A stretch of DNA of 27,742 nucleotides from IMG/VR virus record IMGVR_UViG_3300017818_000082, positions 1-27,742 of that record; one strand, 5' to 3'. Numbering within the stretch: position 1 is the first letter of the stretch; the number at the start of each line of letters is the position of its first letter. Positions 1 to 12,000 of the stretch are shown piece after piece. The position numbers and the translations under genes were made by a program. Under the pieces are notes generated by a model. It was not told where the DNA came from and made no database searches. It saw only the letters and a list, made by a program, of their open reading frames with translations. This DNA comes from a virus (taxonomy: Duplodnaviria > Caudoviricetes).

Positions 1-3000
1 ATAAGGTTTAGCTTCTTCAATATATGCTTCATAACTAGGAAGTGTATCATTATTAAATGTAATATCTTGTTCTAATATTCCTAGATTATGTTTTGCTTTT
101 ACAAAACTTGTTTTAAATGCCCAATCAACATAACTTTGTTCTGAGAAAACATAACGCAAACTTGCAAACCAAAGTTTATTATATTCTACAGCCAATTCGT
201 CTACAAAAATATTATCTCTAATTGTATCAAGTATTATTCTTAATTCTTTAATAGGCTGATTATCATAAAAATAACTATCAAAACTTCTAGTATCAAAACC
301 AATGCTGTTATTCAATAAATCATAAAGTGATTCTTTAAACTGTATAGTACCGTTTTGTCTACCTACAGTTTCATAATTGATTGTAAAATCTTCTGTATCT
401 TGGTTATCGATTTTTCTTAGAAGAAGCCATCCGCCTGAACCAACGCTATTAATTTTTACAATATCACCTAAATTATTATCTAGTCCATATAATTGGTATG
501 TTCCTTCTAGTTTGTCATTTATATCTGTAAATGCATTATACCCGTCAGCATACCAATCTGCATAATCCCAGAAAAGTTTTGTATCGAACTCTTGTACACG
601 TTTTCTAAACCATTCGCTAGAAGTATTATCCCAATCATAAATTGACCATTTTCCGTAAACTGAACTATCTGCATTTACAAGAACACTTAAACGCCTTACA
701 ATTAATCTAGTTGTGTCAGTATAGTTTTCGCCTTGACTTATAATTTCAACACTAGTAACTTGTCCAAGATTATTAATATATGTTTGTAATTCTGCACCCG
801 ATCCTTGTCCTACTATTTCAACTGTAGGACCTTTTCTAACAGTATCAGTTTCTGGATCAAAGTTAATGTCTTTATACCCTCTGCCTGCGTCTATAATTTC
901 CACTCTAGTAATTTTACCGTTGCTAACAATAGGTGTTAGCTGTGCTTGGGTAACTTTACTTGTACCGATAAATCTTAATTCTTCTAAAGTATCAATTTCA
1001 TAATCATACAAATTTGTAAACTTACTTGGTTTTACTTGGGCCGATGTTAACGGCGATAAATTAAAATCATCAACAATAAGTTTTTCTATAAGAACTAGAT
1101 TAATTCTTTCTATTACTTGCTTTAATGCTTCTGTCTTGTTAACAAACATTCCCTGTCTAGGAGAAAATCTATTACCATATTTTAATTTAACTGGTAAATT
1201 CGGATCCGGAACTTGCCTAGATTGTTCGTCATATCCTATTAAACTATCAAACCATTTACGCTCAGTTTCTTCATTTAGAACGCTTGTTGCTAAGCCGTCA
1301 CTCATAATTTGATATTGTGTGTGAATATTTTGTTCAGCATTTTCATTGTTGAGCCATTTAACGTTAAGCACAACATTTTTATCATTTAAGAAACTATCAA
1401 CATTATGAACTATAAATCTATCTTGAGCGTGTATTGCCAAATGTCTATAACCCGAGCCTGCAGGATCGGATATAATTCTAGCTAAATCATTTACAGATAG
1501 TATTCTTGATTTATTAACAGGAACATCTGTTTTATTTCTTACCCAGAAGTAAAATTTGCTTCCAAAAGTTTGTGTAGTTTCGTCATAGTTAATAACTTGT
1601 GTGTATTGTGCATCTGCATATGCAGACTGTCCGCTTACGTTTACTGCAATACCTGCATCAGTTCCGCTAAGATCATCCCATGCACTCGGAATATAATCAC
1701 TTTCTACCCATTCGTAAACTACTACTTCGTATCCCGGCATTAATTTATTAAAGTTATTAACTTGATGTACACTGTCACCTTGATAAGCGTTGATAAATTT
1801 CGTTCTACTAATATCATACCAAACTTCGCCTACATGTGACGGACCCCAAGGGTCGGCTTCATCAAACATACCTGCTATCGGTGTAACATTATAACGTGCT
1901 GGATCCCAAGGTGTTTTGTAATCTATTTCTTCTTCAGCAACACCAGGAAACTTTCCTTGTATAATATCTACAAAATCTAAATCAGTTAGTTTTGTATTTG
2001 TTTCTTTATTGTATAAGAAGGCACCTTCTATTTTACTAATATCAACAGTATCCACCGGTTCTCTTATTATATTCCAAGCTGACTTATTGAACGGTTTTCT
2101 ATAATCTATTATTTCGCCTTCATAAGTTTCTTTTGTTATTCTAGGCATACCTACGTAAGTATGATTATCATTAATTAAAAGTATTTCACCAAATGTTTCA
2201 GTTTCTCCTGCATAACTAAATCTTTCTGCAAAAACAAATTCGTCATTTAGGTTTTCAAATACAAATACAGCACCACTATTAATATTAATATTATTAAAGG
2301 TTGTAAACCCAGAGTCAAAAGAAGTAACAGTTTCTGTGTTGCCTAAACTTGTACCGTCAAATGTAGTCGGAGAAACTATGTCACCGTTCTTACTTGTTAT
2401 TACTAGTTCATTTTGACTGAAGTCTATATTATAACCAAATAATTCAGATTGTTCATTGTTTGGACTGTAAAGTATTACTGGATCTGTAAACTGACCTTGA
2501 GCATTTTCTTTATAAACTAATACCCTGCCTTGATCAATATTTTTACTATCATTAAAAGGTTCACTTATTGCAAGGAACTTGCCGTCGTCGCTAATAGCAA
2601 TGTCATGGTAGATACCGTCTTTACTGCTTGTATCTTCTATTATTTGCTTAAACATATACTTGTTACCGTCTAATTTGTATATGCCTATCGAAGTAATAGT
2701 GTCACTCACTGTAAAGTCAGTAATATAAAATCCTTCTCCGTATTCGTCTAGTGCAAGATATTCCCAAGTACTATCCGGAGTATCTACATTAAGAGTCGGA
2801 TCAATACCACCGGCGTCATCGTTGAAATAATTGTTTGCAATTCTAAATTCTTTATCGTTTAATATGCTGTGTACATAATATGTAACACCTTCAGAAAGCC
2901 CAACTTGTGCTGCTGCTCCTGCACTATCAATAGCAGCAGGTATTCTAATGCGTATCGGCATACCTATTGACATCCACGCTGTGCTCGAATCATCGCTAAG

Positions 3001-6000
3001 AACAATTGTGTCGTTGTCAGTATCAATTGCTTTTACTTTAACTTCAACTTTATGCTCGTTTAGTACAACAAGCGTTTTACCATCTTTGCTTACATCAAAG
3101 TTTTTAGCAAATTGTGTAAGCGGCCATTTAGGACTAAACACAAATTCATTTTCATACAGTGTGCCACTATTGTTTGGAAGGTATCCTAAATAATCTTCAC
3201 CACTTGTAACTACTTCCCAATCTCTAGAGTTAAACGGTTGTGTTCCGTCAACTCTTGTTATTGCTTTATATAGTTTAAGAGTACTATCATCGTCAGGGTC
3301 AGCATATTTTACAATTTCTCCCGGTGAATAATCTAAGAACGGATCATTAGCAAACAATCCTTTGTAGTCACCGTCTTTACCGTAACGCCAACTTATTCTA
3401 TTCCAATAAGTTGTATTAGAAACATCAATCGGTATTTCTTCTTGTGGAACAAATCTACGTGCTTCGTAATACTCGCCATTATTTTCAACTATTGTACCTG
3501 CTTCGAATTCGTTTATAGGTCCCCATTCTCCGAAGAAATTTTCTAATTTATCTTTGGGAACACCGTGTTTAATAATTTCAAGTTGTCCAGTGTCGCCTGT
3601 AGAACTTACAAATAAAGTATAATCTAAGCCGTCTTGGACCATTTTAATTTTGGTTCCGTATTCTTTATTAGTTGCAGCACGTTCACTAACAAAACTGTTT
3701 ACATATGAATAGCCGCTTCTGCCGTTTGACTTGAAAATACTTATAACACCTTCGTTGTCGTACTTAACATCACCGAAATCGTCTACAGTTACTGAATATA
3801 CTTGTGTATAGTCTCTGTTATAATAATCAGGATAGTTAGCCGGAACATCAGCACCTAGTTTAAGCTCTTCGTCATAGAACCAATATTCTTCATCGACAAT
3901 TTTACTGTATTGCCAGCTAGGTAATAATTGTGCGCCTCTACGCAAAGGCAAGTTTCCGTCTGCGTTTCTAAAAATTAATAATCCACCAATAAGGTCAGTT
4001 CCTAGTGCAATATCCTGCTCAACACTAGAAATCCGTCCCATGACCCTTGCAGGCTCTCCAGGAAATAGTACAGGATCTGGTTCTCTTCTGATTTCATATC
4101 TTGCAATGTTGTTTAACTGCGACCAATCACCTTCTATATTTCTAAGGAATACCCTTACAGAAAATCCGTCTCTTTGATACCTAACTACTTCTGCTCTACT
4201 AGTTGTTCTTTTAATTAAACTTAGGCCGCCGAATTCATCAAACGGTGTTTGTATGTCTGTAATTATTGATCCAACTAGTGGTTCATACGGATCATCGCCA
4301 ATAAACTCTGTAAATTCAAAATCTATATATCCGTCCCATATTTCAACAACTTCGTGTTTTTTGTTAAGTTGTTCAAATGTAAATCCAGCAGCATCTGTGT
4401 CAATAACATAATCATTTAAATCATATAAATTTAATCTTACTTCAATATTATCTCCGGTAACTGGATCTAAAAGAACAGCTCCGTTTTCATCAGTAATTTT
4501 ACTTTGGTATTCCTTGCTCATCCTAACAGCAAATAAATCTGTTGAAAATTCTTGTTTAACAGGTAAGTTACCGTTGTCGCCCCAATAAGTTAAATTGAGT
4601 ATTTGACCTGCTTGATCTTGCTGTCCTGTATAAGATCCTATTGTACTGATTAGGTTTTGTAAGTTAAAATATTCATTAATCTGTCTGTTGTCTGAAGCAA
4701 TTTTAATATCATTGTAAATCACACCAGTACCTGTATCAAGCCATGTAGAACCATTCAAGTACGTTAAAGGAACTGTTTTTTCATTATCAGAATAAACATT
4801 AAAATACCAGAAGCCGCCCAGCCCGTCAATTATATTATCAGCAAGTATTTGATAAATGCCCATTGAATCTCTATCATTTACATAAGCAGTACCGGTATTA
4901 TCAAAAACACCGTTAACCCGTGTCAAATACATTACACAACTGTCGTCTTGTATACCAATATAATATAGTTGTCCGCTACCGGTAGGTGTTGTAATGAAAT
5001 CGCCGACTTGCGGTGTATTAATAAATGTATCTACGTATAATACTAAGTCAATTTTTTCAACAATTGTATGTGTATCTGTAATTACATCATACGTTAAGGC
5101 ACCGCTGTCGCCATCCCAAGGAAAATATGCATTTAGTGTAGGGTTACTGTTAGAATATCTATTCCAAGTAACACCTACTTGGTCTCCAGGTTCGGTAGCA
5201 AGATATGCTTCAAACGGGGCTCTTAATAAAAAGTGGTCCGTTGGCTTTCCTGAAAGTCCAGGATTACCTGTTAATAATAGTGTTATTAGTGTGCTATCTG
5301 CATCAGGGGCACTTGCAATATCTTTATAACTGTTAAATGTATTGTATGTTGTTGCAGCAGATGCTGGAATAATTTCCCTATTAGCTTTGTATAGACTTTC
5401 TCTAAAATTGATAATATCATTCTTACCGTAATTTACAAAAGGATCAAAATCTCCTTTGTACCTTGTTTTAATTTCTTCTGCATTTGGAACGCCAACTGCT
5501 AGATATAGCCCGTCTGGAGATACTGCAACACTTTTACCAAAGTTTATAGCTCTTTGACTCACTGCAACATCAACTGGCTCTGTGCCAGCGCCAAGACTAG
5601 TTTCAACACCGCCATTTATTTTTATAAGATCCCCGTTGCCGGTTGTAAAGACACCAAATACATCACCTAATTTTATTTCGGTGCCAGCATTGACTTGTTC
5701 TACTACTGTACCTATCGCACTACCTTGTTTAATTTGTTCATCTACTGCAAGATTCACAGGAACTCCAAGAGTTAACGTAACGTCAGTAATTCTAATATCA
5801 TCTGGTGGAACTAACGACTGTCCTAGTACTAAGTTATTAGTTTCAATACTACGTTTGTAAAGATGTACTTTACCGTCATTGTCATCAGGCGCTGCTGCTG
5901 CAAAATTTCTATTGTCATCACTTACAGCAATCGAAGTTCCGTACTTTTCATAGTTTTCTGAAATCGGTGTTGGGTTAAACAATACCTGTTGCTCGAAATA

Positions 6001-9000
6001 GTTTTGCGAGTTTTGTATTACACTCCAACTTTCACCTAGTTTATCAATCCATATTTTTTGATTCGGTGATTTGTAAGTTTCGATTAGTGTGTTTAATTCT
6101 TGTGTGTTTGAAACCCTTACACTTCTAAACTTTGCAACTAATAGATTAACTTCTTCTTCTGTTGGTGTAATTTCTAAACCTTCAGGCAATTCTAAAACAA
6201 TATCTTTTGCATCTATTTCTGCTACATAGCAGAAATAATCTAATCCAATTGCTCCTGCATTGTAAACACCTACTACATCTCCTACTTCTAGGTCGTTACT
6301 TACGTATTTAGAAAGTGTTACTCTAGCAAAAGGTGAAGAACTTGCTTCAATAGCGTCCGCACCTTCGTCTTCAACAACTATACTTAAAGCATTATACGGT
6401 GTATCAACTAATTGATAAACATTCCATGATTGATTGTCGTCTGTTACCCAAACATAATCACCTATAATAACTTGATCTGTTGTAACGTCAAGAAACTCGT
6501 CTTTGTCTTGAATACGATACTTGATATCCTCAACTCTTACATATCCTGCAGATTTAATAAATTCTTTTACATCTGCAACTTTTGGAAAGATTTTTGACTG
6601 GTAATCATCTGCTTTAGAATATACTTCGTAAGGTTGTATTTCAATAACGTTATCAATGCGAGATGCATCTTTAATATCTACTAGTTCAATAGGTTGTGGA
6701 TTAATTCTAAACTTTTCTTCGTCTAGTATAAAATCAACGTCTTTATATTTGTCAGTAGCACCGTACTGTCCTAGCTCAATTGCCCATTCTTCAAAAAACT
6801 CTAAACTATCTTTGTCAGCACTATTAAGTGCATCAAACAGTTTAGTTAAACTATTCAATGTACCTTTATCAGCAATCATACCTTGATAAAATTTAAATTG
6901 GCTTACATCATCGTTGACAATATTTGCAAGATAATTCCTCGGTTGATAACCGATCAAGTGTTGTGCTAATTTTTGTTGTCCTATATCAAAATTATCACTA
7001 TCTAAATCATAAAAATCTGCAAACTGATTAATTTTATAATCAAAGTTGACCATTAGTTGTGATTCGGGTTTTTCAGCAAGACGCTGCCAAACATTATTGT
7101 TAAATGTTTCTTCGCCTGGAATATTATATAATGCTACATAATAAAATTCTTTATGCTTGACAAGGTCGCCAATTGTATAATCTTTATAGGGTTCCCATAC
7201 GGTAATGTCAATATCATCATATACAAATCCTGGAATATCTAATCCACCAGTCCAATTATCAGATCTATAACCTAAAACTTTTATGCGCTCTTGTCTGTAT
7301 CCGGTCGATGGTTGGTAAATCACATCACCAAATTGGGTTTGATTATCTAATAAACATACGTGTTCTTTTTGTACTAATGGCAACTGTGCTTGATATATAC
7401 CCTGATCTGTATTTTTTAGAACTAGACCAAAACTATTTTGCTGTCTAATTGTATGATCAAATGATTTATCAATCTGTCTTGCATCTGCATCTAATATACT
7501 ATACGAATAGAAGTTATCAAACAAGTTGTCTACAACTGCATAATCAGTTCTAAATTGTAAAACATTTGCAGCAGGGCTTAAACTAATTGCTGTGCCAGCT
7601 GCCCAATTTTGTGTAGTCCAGAATAAAAATTCTTTACAAGCGTATTTCCAATCGTCTAAATCTGTAGTTGTGTTATTATAAGTGTCAAATACAAAACCTT
7701 GGTCTTCAAGGTACTGACCGTATCCTAACAAAAAGTCAACTACTTCTTGACTGGTTCTAAGTTGTGTACCGTAGTTTATACGTTTTTCAACCTTTCTAAA
7801 GGTTTTTCTTATAATTGCTCTTCTACCACCTGTAGTAGGTAGCTCTGGTAATTTAGCAAGATTTTCTAATGTAAAAACTGCACCACTTGTAAATGCAGAT
7901 GTTGTTCTATAATATATTCCTGCATTTTCAATAACAACACCTTGTAAAAATCTTGTATCAGGTGACCAAGTTTGGAATGTTTCGCTAACACCTCCTACAA
8001 TAATTACATTGTCCGAATTGCTTTCAATATATTGGTAATAAGGAAAATAAGGGTTTTCAAATGCATAACCTCTTACACGGTATCCGCCTGTAACCTTTTC
8101 AACTGTTACAGCACTATAAATTTGATTAGCTACCGGAGAACTTGTATTAAAGAATATTTTATAATTTTCTTCAGGTACAAAAACATTACCTTGATTATAA
8201 GGAGTTCTGCTGTCTAATAACAATTTAAATTTACTTTTATCACTAAATCCGCCAATCTTAAAACCCATTTGATTTGTAAGTGTTGTAAGTTGGTTTTTAT
8301 ATTCTGAATATACAGAATCTACATTAGCACTAATATAGTTAAAAACATAATTAACCAAGCCGCTTGTAATTTTTCTTTCTGCACGATTATAACTATTTGC
8401 AAATGTGAGCTTATTTAATTCAATAAATTTACCAGTATCTTTATATACTTTTTGACCGGCTATATTTTTTACAATTCTAGAAAGATCAAATGCTTTACCA
8501 AATATTTCATTTGGCTTTGTAAGTATCAAAGCTCTAATAATTGCAAAAGGATATTCGCTACTTCTTCTCCATGCGCTTTCAGTTGGTGAAACATCTCCAA
8601 ATGCAAATTTATTTCTAGTGTTTCTTGCAATATAATTTTTTGCATAGTTAGAAGATAGTGGAGATCTAATTTTTCCATTTTTATCAACTGGAATATTTTT
8701 TAATAAATTAGGTCTTGCATATCGCCAATCTCTTCGAATGTTGCCTGGTTCTTTAATTAACCCTTCGCTTAAATCTTCCCACAATATTAAATTATCTAAA
8801 GTGTAAGGTGCTTTACCGTATGTGCTATCCCACCAGTCTGGTTTAATTGTTATACCTAACATTTCCCAAGGATGTGAATGAGGGCGATCGGTGTCGTATG
8901 CTTTTCTATATACACCACGCCAAAATCCTGGAAGTAAGTTACCTTCAGGATCGTTCATCTGGGAGTAGTTAAATGTTAACTGGTTGTCTCTGCTATAAAA

Positions 9001-12000
9001 TTCGTTTTCTGTATAATCAGAATCTACCAATTGCTGCCATTCAACAAAGTCACTTAAAAGTGCATTATTAAGACTTTCTAGTTGAATACCTGTATCTCTA
9101 TAAGTACCTGGTAGATAATCAGTAAGATCAAAAATTTCTTTGTTATAGCCAAGTTTAATATTATTAAAAATTCTACGTTCTAGTTCTAATAATAATTGAT
9201 CTCGAAAATCATCAAATGCTACAACAATAGATCCGTCATGACCTTGAATTACTTTAGTAGGTTCTAAATAAGTGTCGTCTACAAATATCTCTGGTTTGTA
9301 TACCGGATACAACCCTAGTTTTGTAGGAGTAGGAGGAATATATGCACCGTCAGTTGACTCCCACTCAATAACTTCAATTGTGTCGCCGATTCTTTGTCCT
9401 GCATCTACTAATACAAATCCATTTTCGTCAAATGTATAATCTTCAGTTATTAAAAGCAAATTTCCGTTTAAATAAACTTGAACTGATTTGTTTGTTAACT
9501 CTTTCGGATCAAAAGGTTGTGTTAAAGCATAATAAGGATTTCTAGGATCTAAAACTTCAAAAGTTAAGACATTGTTTGCACCAATAGGAACCATATCACT
9601 AAAGTAATAAGGCATAGAAGGTGTTTTGTCTTTGTTTAATTCTGAAAGAATTTTATTTACATGTTCTCTTATTGGTCCATCATATCCCAATGTTTCAGCA
9701 ATTTGTAAAAATTGTCTTTTGAATTTTGCATAATCATTTTTTGAGTTTTTAATTGCATTGATAACATTAAACTCTTTACTTGTTAAATGATATCCTGCAA
9801 GATTCATTGGAGCAGTATGCTTAACAAATCTTTTTCCAAATTTGTTAATATTTTTAATATCTCTTAAATTACTAGGACCAGGATATCCGCCAACAAAAGG
9901 TATAATGTCTTCGATCATAGAGTCAACATGGTCAATGACTTCGCCTAAAGTAAACTGTGTAATATCTTGGTTCTTTGGGTTTCTTTCTAGGTTGTAAGGA
10001 AATTCATAATAGCCGTTATCATTTTTTGTAGTTTTAGTTTTAATTCTTAATTCAACTACATCATCTTCTGCCAACTCATTATAAAATCTTACAAACAACC
10101 GAGAATTAAATCTATCTAGTTCGTAGTCTACTAAATCGAATTTTAATTTTTTATTAACATAAACTGCTACTCTTAAATCTTGTATGTTTGCAGCATTATC
10201 AACAACATCAACTTCAAAATTATTTGACTGACCAATTGTACTAATATATTGTCTAATAATTTTTTGTTGCATTTTAACAGGCTCATTAGTCCAACTGTTT
10301 TCATAAACATAAGATCTATTTGCATTATATTTTTTCAAAAATGCAGTATCAGTAGAAACTGTATAAAATCCTTCTTCATCTTGATACACAAAACTGTCTG
10401 TTAATAGATTAAAGTCAAATACTATATCTCCTGAATTTTCAATTGATTGATAAGTTAACGAAAATCCTAGTTCATTATCGACTGTTCCGTCTCCTCTAGC
10501 ATAACTGAATAATTTTGTGCCAGTAAAGTTATTTGCTTCGTAGACTAATTGATCTCCAAAGCTGTTGCCTTTACTATCAAACAAATCAAATTTTGGTTCT
10601 ATATTTGTACTTGTTTTTTCTTGAGACTTTTTCCATTCAGTTCCAGTATAATGAAATAAAGTACCGGCATACTTGTCACCTTTTGTAATAAGAACGGTTT
10701 CTAATTCTTGTGGTAAAGTATCAACTGCTTCTTGGAGTGTTAGCTGTCTTCTGTTTCCTACTGTGATATATTTTACTTCATATATTTTACCATTAACTAG
10801 TATGTCCTTGTCTGCTGTAAACAAAACTCGCATACCATCTGCAAGGGCAATACCGTCTACATTATAACCGAGCTGACCTTCAATTGTTGAAAATACATCT
10901 TCTGTATAATCATCTATTAAATCAATATCGTTTTTTGCAAATACACCATTGTTAAAAAGTTTTAGTCCGGCTTCAAATTCAATAATAGGTCTTTTAGCTC
11001 TTGCACTTTGGTCTACATTACTAACTTGGCCATTGACTTCTGCTGCATACTGTATTACATCCTTATGGAACCATCTATTATATCTTGCCCAAGGGTTTTT
11101 ATCAGGGCTTGCTCTATTAATAACAATATAATCTTTTTCACCTGCATAACTACTTTGATTTGCAAAAGGCAATCTATCAAACCCTTCACTATCAAACAGC
11201 ACAGGCTGGTCGGTAGAGTACGCAGAAGGAAGAATTAAGTCTCGGTCTCTAACTAACTTAATCTCATCGCCTACACCTTCGACATAGTAAGAACCTTCTG
11301 CATATTTTTCAGGAGTTACTTTTCCAGAAAACTGTACTTTAAGTCCATTAGTAAATTTTATACCATTTGAACTTGTGTATTCTTTTTTCCCTAAAATTTC
11401 TGCTTCAACATTGATTGCTGTGTTTTCTTCAATGTCGTATATTCTTATTTGACCACTGGTTTGTAAATCATTTTTACTTATATAGAAAAGATAGTCAGGT
11501 GAGTTTAAAGGAATGGTAAACTCTATTGTGCCTTCTTCGACATAAACATTTGCAATTTCAATACCTTCCTCGTCGAATTTTGTAATGCCGTCTGGATATA
11601 ATTCGCTTGTGTTTATATCATCACCAACTTCTATTCCACCTTCTTGAGGTAAAATAATAAATTCGCCTACATCGTAACTATCACCAAATAAACTTGCGTC
11701 AAATAATCCTTCTCCTCTAACTCCTTCTCTTGTGGCAGTTATAACAGAGTTACCAGGAGTAAAAGATCTTGACAATGCAATTGCCATAGGATGACCGGGT
11801 GTGTTTATTTCAAATCTATATGTTTGTCCTCTGTAAAGCGTTAACTTCGGATTTGCTGTAAGTCCGTCTGGAGTAAAGATATATGAAACATTATCTCCTT
11901 GATCGGCAAGAGTAACTTTATATGTACTTTGGATACCTTGTTCTTGACCTAAAACATCAACAACTTGCGGCCCGGTTGGTAACCAATAATACTCACGGAA

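Noticed and set aside
377-11238. Short plus-strand ORFs (60-111 aa) in the track across the left 12 kb
   Set aside because: They are antisense shadows of the giant minus-strand gene, with Ser/Leu/Ile-rich non-protein-like composition and no recognisable motifs.
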